Origin: an uncultured Candidatus Bathyarchaeia archaeon
Lineage (GTDB): Archaea; Thermoproteota; Bathyarchaeia; Bathyarchaeales; Bathycorpusculaceae
Assembly (NCBI GenBank): GCA_964347245.1
Contig: CAYFXZ010000002.1
Location: 11,529 to 75,528, forward strand
Length of the DNA stretch: 64,000 nucleotides
Direction of reading: 5' to 3'
Part shown: one piece after another, positions 1 through 10,220 of the stretch
Layout: each line of letters begins with the position of its first letter
Numbering within the stretch: the stretch's first letter is position 1
Translations under genes and position numbers: made by a program
The notes under the pieces: generated by a model
Databases searched by the model: none
The model's input: only the letters and a program-made list of their open reading frames with translations
Told to the model about the DNA's origin: nothing

Positions 1-791
1 TTATTCTTACGTTAGTGAGCTTGGCTGCTTTGCTGTTTGATGCATTTCAACAGGGGCTCCCATGGCTAGATATTCAGTTTCTTACTAGTTTTACGTCGCG
101 GCATCCAGAAAAAGCAGGTATATTAGTGGCACTCTTTGGTAGCATTTGGGTTGTAGGGCTAACCGCGCTTATTTCTTTTCCCCTTGGAGTTGGAGCCGCT
201 TTATACCTTGAAGAATATGCGCCTCAGAACCGGTTTACTTCTTTCATACAATTAAACATAGCTAACTTGTCTGGAGTGCCATCTATTGTCTATGGCATCT
301 TGGGTTTGGGATTATTTGTAGAAGCATTAGCTCTGGGGCGAAGCATTTTGGCTGGAGCCTTAACATTATCTTTGCTAATTTTACCTGTTATTATAATTGT
401 GTCTCAGGAAGCTATAAGAAGTGTTCCCAAAGCCGACCGGGATGGAGCTTATGCCCTTGGAGCAACGCGTTGGCAGGTCACCCGAGAAGTTGTTTTGCCT
501 CAAGCCTTACCTAGCATGCTTACTGGAACAATTCTGGCTTTGTCTAGGGCGATAGGTGAAGCAGCGCCAATGATTGCCATTGCTGCTTTAGTTTATGTAC
601 CATTTACTCCAACTGGACCTTTGGACCGTTTCACAGTTATGCCCATCCAAATATTCAATTGGGTGAATCAGCCTCAATCAGAATTCCGAGGTTTAGCAGC
701 GGCTGGGATACTTGTTCTCTTAGCTGTTCTTTTGGGCATGAATTCTTTAGCAATTTTCATTCGTAATCGATATCAAATTAGAGGACGATAA
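1..791 (+). CDS. pstA: Phosphate ABC transporter permease PstA (5' end probably runs off the window)
   Basis: The frame is open from the window edge. Multi-TM permease with an EAA-type loop ([11 protein letters not shown]). Directly followed by pstB and phoU. Confidence 0.85.
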   Translation, partial: ILTLVSLAALLFDAFQQGLPWLDIQFLTSFTSRHPEKAGILVALFGSIWVVGLTALISFPLGVGAALYLEEYAPQNRFTSFIQLNIANLSGVPSIVYGILGLGLFVEALALGRSILAGALTLSLLILPVIIIVSQEAIRSVPKADRDGAYALGATRWQVTREVVLPQALPSMLTGTILALSRAIGEAAPMIAIAALVYVPFTPTGPLDRFTVMPIQIFNWVNQPQSEFRGLAAAGILVLLAVLLGMNSLAIFIRNRYQIRGR

Positions 792-792
792 A

Positions 793-1557
793 ATGGTGAA
801 AAATGAAGTAAAAATTGATATTCAAGATTTGAACGTGTGGTTTGGAAGTAAACATGTTATAAAAGACTTAGATATGGAGATCAAAACTAACGCCGTAACG
901 GCTGTCATGGGTCCTTCTGGATGTGGAAAGACAACCCTAATCAGAGCAATAAACAGACTTAACGAATTAATTCGGGAAAGCAAAACAACTGGAGAGATAT
1001 ACATAGACAAGGAAAATATCTATGGCAAAGACATTGATGTTTTTGAACTTCGAAGAAGTGTGGGTATGGTATTTCAAAAACCTAATCCTTTCCCAAAATC
1101 AATCTATGAGAACGTTGCTTTTGGACCTAAACTTCACAAGATGGCTGATGGTGAGGAACTCGATGCCATCGTGGAGAAAAGTTTGAAAGGTGGTGCTTTA
1201 TGGGATGAAGTCAAAGGTCGATTAAATGACAATGCTTTAAGCCTTTCAGGCGGACAACAACAACGATTATGCATCGCAAGGGCTTTGGCTGTGGAACCTG
1301 ATATTATACTCATGGATGAACCTTGTAGCGCTCTTGACCCTGCATCAACGGCTAAGATAGAACTACTTATTCGCGAACTTGGAGAAAAGTACACAGTTAT
1401 AATCGTAACTCATAATTTGCAACAGGCTGCCCGAGTTTCTGACTTCACTGCTTTTATGTATGTTGGGGAACTAGTAGAATACGGCTCCACAAAGCGCTTG
1501 TTTGAGAAGCCAGAAAGTGAATTAGCGGAGGAATATATAACAGGGAAATTTGGTTAG
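793..1557 (+). CDS. pstB: Phosphate ABC transporter ATP-binding protein PstB
   Basis: Walker [13 protein letters not shown] signature LSGGQQQRL, Walker B ILMDEP. Starts 2 nt after the pstA stop. Confidence 0.95.
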   Translation: MVKNEVKIDIQDLNVWFGSKHVIKDLDMEIKTNAVTAVMGPSGCGKTTLIRAINRLNELIRESKTTGEIYIDKENIYGKDIDVFELRRSVGMVFQKPNPFPKSIYENVAFGPKLHKMADGEELDAIVEKSLKGGALWDEVKGRLNDNALSLSGGQQQRLCIARALAVEPDIILMDEPCSALDPASTAKIELLIRELGEKYTVIIVTHNLQQAARVSDFTAFMYVGELVEYGSTKRLFEKPESELAEEYITGKFG

Positions 1558-1566
1558 GTGAAAGTT

Positions 1567-2205
1567 ATGGCTAGACTCTTAGACACAGGTTTAGAGCAAT
1601 TAATCATGATGGTCTATAAAAGCGGTGAGGTAGCCAAAAACGCCATAAACATGTCCATCAGAGCCTTCATGAACGGCAAAGATGTCAGGGGAGAGGTACG
1701 CGCTCTTTCAGACGTCATCAACTCAATGACCGTGGAAATTGAAAACAAAGCTTTCGAGCTGATAGTGAAATATCAGCCGGTAGCCTCCGACCTGAGGATA
1801 ATAAACTCTTACATGAAAGTAGCATATGACTTTGAAAGATATGGTAGGTACGCATGGGACATCTCTTTTGCCCACAAGAAACTAGGGGCTTTGGGCCAAT
1901 GTGATTTTGCTTCGGATTTGATGTCGAAGCTGGTTGAAAAAGTCTCTGAAATGGTGGGCAAAAGCGTAATAGCTTTGAAGGAACATGATGCACAACTGGC
2001 TAAAACTTTGGCTGTCACTGAAAATGAGGTGGATGCTCTCTACTTTGAGTATATGGATCAACTTTCCAAGACGCGTGCAAAAAACCTAAGCGTCATGTGC
2101 AACTTTCTGGTTTCGCGATATCTCGAAAGAATAGCTGACCACACCACATACGTCGGCGAAGCAATAGTTTACATAGCCACCGGCGAAAAAATAAGCTTAA
2201 GATAG
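1567..2205 (+). CDS. phoU: Phosphate uptake regulator PhoU
   Basis: PhoU-like helical repeats (ERIADHTTYVGE). The ATG at 1567 is preceded by AGGTGA-N5. The ORF track starts at the in-frame GTG at 1558, which is itself part of that SD. Confidence 0.85.
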   Translation: MARLLDTGLEQLIMMVYKSGEVAKNAINMSIRAFMNGKDVRGEVRALSDVINSMTVEIENKAFELIVKYQPVASDLRIINSYMKVAYDFERYGRYAWDISFAHKKLGALGQCDFASDLMSKLVEKVSEMVGKSVIALKEHDAQLAKTLAVTENEVDALYFEYMDQLSKTRAKNLSVMCNFLVSRYLERIADHTTYVGEAIVYIATGEKISLR

Positions 2206-2288
2206 CTTAAAAGTTTAAACATGTTTAAACAATCAATACGGAAGCCTTATTTCTCTCCACTTATACTACGAACGAGCGTGATATAAAA

Positions 2289-3083
2289 ATGCGGATGTTG
2301 AAATCTATTGACGTAACATTGATAGCTATGAACGCTGCATTGTATGCTGCTATTGGTCTTGCAGTTTACTTTGTATTTCCAGTAGTTGCTCCCACTGTTG
2401 GTGGCGTTAGATTCTGGCCTGTTGTGATAATTCCAGCAACTTTTGCATTACTTTTTGGTGCTACGGTAGGTGGTATTGGAGCCGCTATCGGCATTTTCAT
2501 CAGTGACACACTAATTCACGGCGACCCTTTACTTAGCCTAGTTGTAGGCGTACCGGCAAATCTTGTTGCCTTCGGGGTTATTGGATATCTATCGCGCAAG
2601 CCTTTAGATTGGAAGAAGACTTTCTTAAGTCTGGGTGTTGGTGTTACAATACTTGCCACCTTAGCATATCTCGTGATAACACCTGAAAACGTGGTGAACT
2701 ACTTCGGCGTTACCCTCGATGAAGCAATCTTGAACATCACCGTTGTGCTTGCAATATTCATCATAAGCTACATAATAATAATTGCAGTAGGTTATGCGAG
2801 ACCTAAATGGCGAAGCTTTGGTGCTGCTTCTATTATTGGCACCATATTAGGAAGCGCCATAATAGGCGTTGGCGTATGGGCATACACACAGCTTTTCGCT
2901 TTGCCAGCAGCCATCGGAGGTGCAGCTAACTTGCCGTATTATGCTGGTCTAATACTTTTCACTTGGACTTTCGCAACTGAAATCCCCTTTATGGTCATTT
3001 TGGTGCCGCCAATAGCTGAAGCTTGTTACAGAGCTTTTCCTTCCCTTAAAAACTCGCAGAAAACTGAAGAAAAGGCGAAATAA
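2289..3083 (+). CDS. Polytopic membrane protein, ECF S-component/QueT-like
   Basis: About 6-7 hydrophobic helices. The N-terminus (DVTLIAMNAALYAAIGL) resembles vitamin-transporter S components. It abuts the pantoate kinase gene with no gap. Confidence 0.5.
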   Translation: MRMLKSIDVTLIAMNAALYAAIGLAVYFVFPVVAPTVGGVRFWPVVIIPATFALLFGATVGGIGAAIGIFISDTLIHGDPLLSLVVGVPANLVAFGVIGYLSRKPLDWKKTFLSLGVGVTILATLAYLVITPENVVNYFGVTLDEAILNITVVLAIFIISYIIIIAVGYARPKWRSFGAASIIGTILGSAIIGVGVWAYTQLFALPAAIGGAANLPYYAGLILFTWTFATEIPFMVILVPPIAEACYRAFPSLKNSQKTEEKAK

Positions 3084-4031
3084 TTGCCAAAGACAGTTGC
3101 AAAAGCTTTTTCACCCGCGGGAATTTCAAGTTTTTTTGAAATCTGTGACAGCGCAGCCGACGGAACGCCAATCAGTGATTTAGAGCGGGTTGGTTCCAGA
3201 GGCGGAGGCTTCGGAATCCAAAAAGGTGTTTTTACCCAAGTTTCTGTTACTGAAGCGAAAACAAGTTGCATCCGCGTTTTCATTAATGGAAAACTTGCGC
3301 CAGAAGCTACAACTACAAAAACCATATCTCAAATGCTGCTGGATAGGACTGCCAAGCAATTAGACGTGGTAGTCAAGCACAAAGTCGATATTCCAATTGG
3401 CGCGGGATTCGGTTCCAGCGCTGGTGGAGCCCTAACAACTGGATTGGCACTCTCGAAAGTTTTAGACTTGCCTTTAACATACAACCAGATTGGCAGAATC
3501 GCCCATGTTGCCGAAGTGCAGTGTAAAACTGGTTTAGGAACTGTTGCTCCATTGATGATTGGTGGTTGTGTACTCGTGGTTGAGCCGGGCGCGCCAGGTA
3601 TAGGCGTCATCGACCGCATACCAATAAACGACAAATACGTGATAGTGGCAGGAGTTTTCGATGCCACGCTCACAAAGCAAGTGCTGAACTCAGTTGAAAA
3701 ACGACGCGAGGTTAACCGTTGGGGTGCGAAGACTTTAGAGATGATTCTAGCTGAGCCTTCCGTTGAAAATTTCATGGAATGCTGTTTGAATTTCGCCGAT
3801 AAAGCCGGGTTCATGACGCCGCGTGTTAGGCGACTTGTGAAGTTGGCTATAAAGGCTGGTGCTGTCGGAGCAGCGCAGAACATGGTGGGTGAAGCGGTTC
3901 ACGCTCTTGCGTTTGAGGAAAACGTGGAAGACATAAAAGAAGCTTTTAAGCAAGTTTTACCTAACGAGAAAATCCTTACTGCCAAAATTGACTTTCAAGG
4001 AGCTAGGCTGGTAAGAAATGAAGAAGTTTAG
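3084..4031 (+). CDS. Pantoate kinase (archaeal CoA pathway, GHMP kinase fold)
   Basis: GHMP motif PIGAGFGSSAGGALTTGLA. N-terminus AFSPAGISSFFEI is typical of archaeal pantoate kinase. TTG start with GGCGA-N5. Confidence 0.75.
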   Translation: MPKTVAKAFSPAGISSFFEICDSAADGTPISDLERVGSRGGGFGIQKGVFTQVSVTEAKTSCIRVFINGKLAPEATTTKTISQMLLDRTAKQLDVVVKHKVDIPIGAGFGSSAGGALTTGLALSKVLDLPLTYNQIGRIAHVAEVQCKTGLGTVAPLMIGGCVLVVEPGAPGIGVIDRIPINDKYVIVAGVFDATLTKQVLNSVEKRREVNRWGAKTLEMILAEPSVENFMECCLNFADKAGFMTPRVRRLVKLAIKAGAVGAAQNMVGEAVHALAFEENVEDIKEAFKQVLPNEKILTAKIDFQGARLVRNEEV

Positions 4032-4494
4032 AAAGGTAGCGGTTGGCGGAACCTTCGACGAACTGCACAAGGGACACAGGCGTCTACTTGACAAAGCCTT
4101 TGAGATTGGCGAAATCGTTTTAATCGGATTGTGCACTGACGAGTTCGCTAAAAGAATGAGTAAACCCCATATAACCGCACCGTACGATGTGAGGCTCAAA
4201 GAGTTGCAAGCCTACATAAAAAAGTCAAGCCAAAATGACAAAACAGAAATTATTCCAATAAACGATGCTTACGGCCCCACTCTTACAGACAAGTGCATAG
4301 AAGCTTTAGTCGTAAGCGAAGAAACTGAGAGAATCGCTTTAGAAATTAACCAAAAACGAAGCGAAGTGCAACTACCCCCGCTCGAAATAGTAACAATACG
4401 CATGGTACCTGCGGAAAACTATAAACCAATTTCAACAACGAGAATCCGTAAAGGCGAAATAGACCGCGAAGGACACCTGCTGAAGCGTCATTAA
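4018..4494 (+). CDS. coaD: Phosphopantetheine adenylyltransferase, archaeal type
   Basis: Cytidylyltransferase motif VGGTFDELHKGHRRLL. About 158 aa. Overlaps the upstream gene by 14 nt. Confidence 0.8.
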   Translation: MKKFRKVAVGGTFDELHKGHRRLLDKAFEIGEIVLIGLCTDEFAKRMSKPHITAPYDVRLKELQAYIKKSSQNDKTEIIPINDAYGPTLTDKCIEALVVSEETERIALEINQKRSEVQLPPLEIVTIRMVPAENYKPISTTRIRKGEIDREGHLLKRH

Positions 4495-4543
4495 AGTTGG
4501 CACTCTCCGTGTAAATTTGTGTAAAATGCTTAATGAAAAAAGT

Positions 4544-5092
4544 TTACCGCTGCAAACCTTGAGGTCTTTTATAAATTTCTTCTCGCCACTTTCGTTCCCA
4601 ACTTGCCCACCCAGTTTTCACTAAGCCTTCTCTCAGGTTAGGTATTTCAGCAACCCACTCAAGCAGCGTCCAGAAGCGCCTCTTGGTTTTAAGGAGTTCT
4701 GCGGGTACACCCACTTCTACACACCATCTGACGTAGCCCCTTTCAACCATTGCTTGAAGCTCGCCCGTAAAATCGACCTTTTCAACTCTATATCCGCGGT
4801 TTTGCAGGTACCTGCGCACGCTGGATAGAACGTAGCTTGAGCTAACCTTGAAGGAGGTCTCCGCGTCTGGCTGCATAACATCGAAAATTTCTTCGGCGAT
4901 TTTCACTGAGTCGTCCAAGTACTTTTTTTTCTTGAAATTAGGCGGCTGAAAGGATGCCGTGGGGACCCTCCGCTCCATGTAACGCGGGTCCGGAGGTTTG
5001 ATTGCGCCTATCACAATACCTAGTAAGAGGTCGCTCCATCCGGCACTGTCAATAATAATCTCTCTTGGGTAAGTAAAGTGGTTCAGCGTCAC
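4544..5092 (-). CDS. Hypothetical protein
   Basis: 182-aa ORF with no overlapping better frame and no motif I recognise. Confidence 0.5.
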   Translation of the reverse strand: MTLNHFTYPREIIIDSAGWSDLLLGIVIGAIKPPDPRYMERRVPTASFQPPNFKKKKYLDDSVKIAEEIFDVMQPDAETSFKVSSSYVLSSVRRYLQNRGYRVEKVDFTGELQAMVERGYVRWCVEVGVPAELLKTKRRFWTLLEWVAEIPNLREGLVKTGWASWERKWREEIYKRPQGLQR

Positions 5093-5335
5093 AATTCGTC
5101 ACCAGATGCTTAGATACAATATATGCCGGGTTTGTTTTTCTGTGTTTTTGTTTATGCTCACTTTGAACTTGTCCAATCATGATTCACGCAATAAGAGAAA
5201 AACTGGTGATTTTTCTATGGCCTTTGTCATTAATCGTAGTCTAATTTCCATGGATAGCATTCATTTGCGGCAATTGGCATAAAAGCGTCGACAAGGTTAA
5301 TAAACTCTTGAGAAAACTTTTCAGGGTGAATTATA

Positions 5336-6334
5336 ATGCCTTGCACGGTTATTGTAGGTGCCTTCTGGGGTGACGAAGGCAAAGGAAAAATAATTTCGTA
5401 TCTCGCTCTCAACGATAAACTTGATTTTTGCGTAAGAACAGGCTCAGTTAACGCTGCTCACACGGTTTGGCTAGATGGCAACAAATACGCGTTGCACATG
5501 GTTCCAGCCTCGTTTATTTTTGAAAAATGCCGTTTATTGATTGCTGCTGGAGCAAACGTTCATGTCGCTCAATTCTTTAAGGAAATGGAACTAACAAAAA
5601 TCGATGGTCGACGCATAGGTATTGACCAGATGGCTTCAATTATTGAGGAGAAGCATTCTATTCAAGACAAGGCAAGCGCTTTCAACAAGGGTATTGGTAC
5701 CACAGGTTGGGGTGTTGGACCTGCTGTTGAAGAACGTGCAAGAAGAACTGCCAAGCTCGCCAAAGATATCCCCGAGTTGAAACCGTACCTCACGGATGTG
5801 GCAACAGAAATTAACGATGGAATCGACGCGGGCAAAAAGGTTTTGCTTGAGGGAACACAGGGTTTCATGCTTTCGCTTTTCCACGGAACATATCCATACG
5901 TGACTTCAAGAGACACGGGTGCCGCGGCTATATGCTCCGAAGCAGGAGTAGGCCCCACAAGAGTTGATGAAGTTCTAATAGTGTACAAAGCCTTCATCAC
6001 CCGTGTTGGCGCTGGGCCTCTACCAGGAGAAATCACAATTGAAGAAGCTAAGAAAAGAGGATGGTTTGAAACAGCCGCTGGAACAGGTCGAATAAGGCGT
6101 TCTGCCATATTCAATTTTGACTTAGCTCAAAAAAATGCAAAAACAAACGGCGCTACACAAGCCGCGATGACGAAACTCGACTGTATGTTTCCCGATTGCC
6201 GGAGCGCCAGAAAATTCGAGGACCTCTCTGAAGACGCTAGAAAGTTTATCAAAGAAGTTGAAAAAAGAACAGAGGTTCCAGTGGTCTTAATAGGAACAGG
6301 ACCTGAAGCTTTAGACATTATCGATAGAAGATAG
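5336..6334 (+). CDS. purA: Adenylosuccinate synthetase (short archaeal form)
   Basis: P-loop GAFWGDEGKGKI and GTTGWGVGP. GGGTGA-N6-ATG. Confidence 0.92.
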   Translation: MPCTVIVGAFWGDEGKGKIISYLALNDKLDFCVRTGSVNAAHTVWLDGNKYALHMVPASFIFEKCRLLIAAGANVHVAQFFKEMELTKIDGRRIGIDQMASIIEEKHSIQDKASAFNKGIGTTGWGVGPAVEERARRTAKLAKDIPELKPYLTDVATEINDGIDAGKKVLLEGTQGFMLSLFHGTYPYVTSRDTGAAAICSEAGVGPTRVDEVLIVYKAFITRVGAGPLPGEITIEEAKKRGWFETAAGTGRIRRSAIFNFDLAQKNAKTNGATQAAMTKLDCMFPDCRSARKFEDLSEDARKFIKEVEKRTEVPVVLIGTGPEALDIIDRR

Positions 6335-6383
6335 CAAATGTTTATTTTCTGAAGTCGCCAATTCCCATTTAGAGGCTAATGAA

Positions 6384-7523
6384 ATGCATGAAACTAATGC
6401 CAAAAATAAGGCTTCAACTAGCTTTTTTGCGCTCTTGTTTGTGGCAGGATTGCTTGTTGGTGCAATAGTGATTTTTTACATAACCTTTCAAGAAGTGACC
6501 GAACTCCGCGATGAAGTTGCTGCTCTCCAAAGTCAACTGTCAAATATTACTGGTATCCAGAATACGACTTACCAAAACATTACGATTTACCAGAACAACA
6601 CTGTCCTAGCCGACATCTACGAGAGCGTAAGGGAATCAGTTGTTTTAGTTCAAGGAACAACCAGCGACGGAGGCGTCCAAGGATCGGGTTTCGCCTACGA
6701 ATCTATGGACATGATGGTGATCATTACCAATTACCACGTTGTACATGATACTTCAGCTCTAAGCGTGACCTTCTCAAACGGGAACGGCTTCTCAGCTGAA
6801 GTGCTAGGAACTGACCCCTATGTTGACTTAGCAGTTCTTTCGGTTGATGCTCCCGCAAGCGAGTTTAAACCTGTCGATATCGTTAGCTCATCTACGCTTC
6901 GTGTGGGCGACCCAGCCATTGCAATAGGAAATCCGTATGGTCTAGTTGGTTCACTGACGACGGGTGTTGTTAGTGCTCTGGGTAGAAGCATCACGGAAGA
7001 AGACTTCGCGGGTGGCTATTCAATTGCCAACATCATACAAACTAGCACGCCCATAAACCCTGGAAACTCTGGAGGTCCATTGCTTAACGCTATTGGAAAA
7101 GTTGTTGGCGTCACAACCGCTATAGTCTCTGAGTCCCAGGGTTTAGGTTTCGCTGTTCCGTCAAACACTATTCTCAGAGAGATATCCTCATTAATAACGA
7201 CTGGGACCTACGAAGGGCACTCTTACTTGGGTGTTTCAGGACAAGATATGAGTTACAACTTAGCCCAAGAAATTGGTGCCAGCGTTACTTACGGATGGAG
7301 AATAGCTACAGTCACAGTTGGCGGCCCCTCAGACGGCAGATTAAACATTGACGATATCATAATTGCCTTAGACGATACTCCGATTAGAAACAATGATGAC
7401 TTAGCAAGCTACCTCGAAGAAAAAACTTTGCCAAATCAGAGTCTTGTTCTTACTGTTGTGAGAGGTAGTTCAACAATTGACGTGAGCGTTATTCTGGGGA
7501 CAAGACCTCCACCCCCAATATAA
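6384..7523 (+). CDS. HtrA/DegP-family serine protease with N-terminal TM anchor and C-terminal PDZ
   Basis: Catalytic triad contexts NYHVV, DLAVL and GNSGGPLLN. N-terminal hydrophobic helix. Confidence 0.88.
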   Translation: MHETNAKNKASTSFFALLFVAGLLVGAIVIFYITFQEVTELRDEVAALQSQLSNITGIQNTTYQNITIYQNNTVLADIYESVRESVVLVQGTTSDGGVQGSGFAYESMDMMVIITNYHVVHDTSALSVTFSNGNGFSAEVLGTDPYVDLAVLSVDAPASEFKPVDIVSSSTLRVGDPAIAIGNPYGLVGSLTTGVVSALGRSITEEDFAGGYSIANIIQTSTPINPGNSGGPLLNAIGKVVGVTTAIVSESQGLGFAVPSNTILREISSLITTGTYEGHSYLGVSGQDMSYNLAQEIGASVTYGWRIATVTVGGPSDGRLNIDDIIIALDDTPIRNNDDLASYLEEKTLPNQSLVLTVVRGSSTIDVSVILGTRPPPPI

Positions 7524-7590
7524 GCTTTAACTAACCGAACGCGTTCTTCACTAGAAACTGATTTACACAAAACAATTGAAGGGTTAATCA

Positions 7591-8229
7591 ATGACAGATG
7601 TATGGCGCAGACCCTACCATGTTGTTATCGAAGTGGAAAACAGACAGTGTAGAATCATGAAAAAGTTTGCTTCCATTGGAATCAAGCACCTGAAAGTAGC
7701 GGACATAAGAAGCTCAAGTAGCGGTTCAGTCAAACATTTGATAGAGCTTGACCGAGAACAGCTTAGAAAAATCCCGAAGGACTTCAAAATCGTTGTGCCT
7801 CGAGGAAAAACTGAAAGTAAACATTCCATATGGTTCGAAAGTGAAGGCTGCGAGGTTTGCAACAGCATTCTCTCTTGTGACGCGTTTTTAATTTCAGGAA
7901 AAAGCATGGAAACGCATACAATAAAATACAGTTGCATAGTACCCACTCTAAAGGCATACAAGAGCATTATATCTGCTCTGGAACGCTCAGGGCACAAGGT
8001 GAACGTTCTCAAAATGGGAAGCTTCGAACCAAGAATGGGAGTCTTGACGGAGAAGCAGGAAAGAATATTCTGGTTAGCGCTAAAGGGGGGCTTCTTTGAC
8101 TACCCGAGGAAAATTGGGACACAGGAGCTCTCTGCTAAGCTGGGAATAACTGTTTCAACGCTTTCGGAGATACTTAGAAGAGGAACCCGGAGATTGCTAC
8201 AGCATTACTTTGAAAAAGAAACCACTTGA
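7591..8229 (+). CDS. Bat-type (HTH_10) transcriptional regulator
   Basis: C-terminal GFFDYPRKIGTQELSAKLGITVSTLSEILRRGTRRLL is the bacterio-opsin-activator-like HTH. SD GAAGGGT-N7-ATG. Confidence 0.75.
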   Translation: MTDVWRRPYHVVIEVENRQCRIMKKFASIGIKHLKVADIRSSSSGSVKHLIELDREQLRKIPKDFKIVVPRGKTESKHSIWFESEGCEVCNSILSCDAFLISGKSMETHTIKYSCIVPTLKAYKSIISALERSGHKVNVLKMGSFEPRMGVLTEKQERIFWLALKGGFFDYPRKIGTQELSAKLGITVSTLSEILRRGTRRLLQHYFEKETT

Positions 8230-8326
8230 ATTTTTCGCAGAAAAACAAAAACTCACAAACAACCCCTTAAATTTTCGGGACAAAGTCTATTTAGATACGC
8301 GACTACCCTATATGGAAGGAATACAA

Positions 8327-9970
8327 ATGAGTCAAGAAAAAATGTTTTGTTACCAATGTGAACAAACGGCCAAAGGACAAGGTTGCACGCTTGTAGGGGT
8401 TTGCGGGAAAACCCCTGATGTAGCCACGCTCCAAGACTTGCTGGTTTATATGCTAAGAGGGCTTTCGCAAGTAACGCTTGAATCAACAAAAGTTGGCGTT
8501 TTAACTGAAGAGGTCAACGTGTTCACTTGCGAAGCATTATTCGCTACACTAACAAACGTAAACTTCGATCCAGACGCCATCGTAGCTTATATCAGGAAAA
8601 CAGCAGAGCTACGCGATCAACTGCGAAAAGAAACGCAAGCAGCTGGAGGACACCTTGTCACGAGTAGAGGACCAACCAATTTAGCTTTGGAAAAAACCAA
8701 GGAAGGGCTCATAGCGCAAGGCAAACTTGTTGGAATAAGATCAGACCCTGCAACAGACCCTGATCTTCACTCGCTTCAATGGCTGTTAACTTATGGCTTG
8801 AAAGGAGCAGCAGCTTACACTTACCATGCTTATATTCTAGGAAAGAAAGACAACAAAGTCTTCGAATTTATACATAAAGGTCTCGCGTCTACGCTGGACA
8901 AATCGTTAGGAGTAAACGACTTCATAGGTTTGGTAATGAAATGCGGCGAAATCAACATCAGAGCTATGGAACTGCTTGACGCGGGAAACACTGAGACGTA
9001 CGGTCACCCAACTCCTACAAAGGTTCCTTTAGGCGCCAAAAAGGGTCATGCGATCCTCGTATCCGGACACGACCTCAAAGACTTAGAGGAACTTCTAAAG
9101 CAAACTGAAGGAACAGGAATCTACGTTTATACTCACGGAGAAATGTTGCCAGCCCATGGATATCCCAAGCTGAAGAAGTATGCTCACTTCTACGGTCACT
9201 ATGGAACAGCATGGCAAAATCAACAGAAAGAATTCGCAGCGTTCCCAGGCGCCATACTGATGACAACAAACTGCATACAAAAACCAATGGAAATCTACAA
9301 AGACAACATTTTCACATCAGGTCCAGTCGGAATGCCCGGAACGCAGCATGTAACAACTGCTGACTTTTCTCCGGTAACAAACCGAGCATTGGAAATGCCG
9401 GGATTTCAAGCCGACATAGAAGGCAAGCACGTTACTGTTGGATTCGGCAGAAATGCTGTTCTAAGCATAGCAGATAAGCTTATAGAAGCAGTGAAAAAAG
9501 GTCACATCAAACGTTTTCTGTTGGTTGGCGGATGTGACGGCGCGAAGCCAGGAAGAAGCTACTACACAGAATTCGTTGAGAAAGCGCCTAAAAACACTAT
9601 TGTTCTGACTCTTGCATGCGGAAAGTTCAGGTTCTTTGATAAAGACCTAGGCATCGTCGATGAAATTCCAAGACTCTTGGACATTGGACAATGCAATGAC
9701 GCTTATTCAGCCGTTAAAATTGCTCAAGCTTTGGCTGAAGCCTTCAACGTAGAAATCAACGATTTACCATTGTCGATTGTATGCTCGTGGTATGAACAGA
9801 AAGCAGTAGCAATATTGCTGTCGCTACTATCTTTGGGCATAAAAAACATAAAGCTCGGACCAAGCCTACCAGCGTTTATAACACCCAACATCCTGAAAGT
9901 GCTCGTTGAAAAGTTCAAAATTAAGCCGATAGCAACTCCTGAAGAAGACTTGAAGGCAATAATGAAGTAG
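8327..9970 (+). CDS. hcp: Hybrid-cluster protein / hydroxylamine reductase
   Basis: N-terminal MFCYQCEQTAKGQGCT cysteine motif and an Hcp-like body. I prefer the ATG at 8327 (GGAAGGA-N6) over the track start at 8210, which overlaps the upstream gene. Confidence 0.92.
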   Translation: MSQEKMFCYQCEQTAKGQGCTLVGVCGKTPDVATLQDLLVYMLRGLSQVTLESTKVGVLTEEVNVFTCEALFATLTNVNFDPDAIVAYIRKTAELRDQLRKETQAAGGHLVTSRGPTNLALEKTKEGLIAQGKLVGIRSDPATDPDLHSLQWLLTYGLKGAAAYTYHAYILGKKDNKVFEFIHKGLASTLDKSLGVNDFIGLVMKCGEINIRAMELLDAGNTETYGHPTPTKVPLGAKKGHAILVSGHDLKDLEELLKQTEGTGIYVYTHGEMLPAHGYPKLKKYAHFYGHYGTAWQNQQKEFAAFPGAILMTTNCIQKPMEIYKDNIFTSGPVGMPGTQHVTTADFSPVTNRALEMPGFQADIEGKHVTVGFGRNAVLSIADKLIEAVKKGHIKRFLLVGGCDGAKPGRSYYTEFVEKAPKNTIVLTLACGKFRFFDKDLGIVDEIPRLLDIGQCNDAYSAVKIAQALAEAFNVEINDLPLSIVCSWYEQKAVAILLSLLSLGIKNIKLGPSLPAFITPNILKVLVEKFKIKPIATPEEDLKAIMK

Positions 9971-10220
9971 CGGCACTATGATACCTGCTTCAGCATTTTT
10001 TGGATGTCCTAATTTCTCCACAATTTTTCCTCGTATTAATGCTACGTACTATCTTTTTCGATAGGGATCAAAGGCAATCTATATTCTTCAATCACAATTG
10101 GCTTCTTAGACTGAAGAAGCCCATTCTTGGACATTAAGGTCGCAACTCTTTTAAATCATGTTTTCCTGTATTATAAACGCCAGTAGAAGATCAAAATTCA
10201 CAGGTTTTCGTCGAGTCTAA

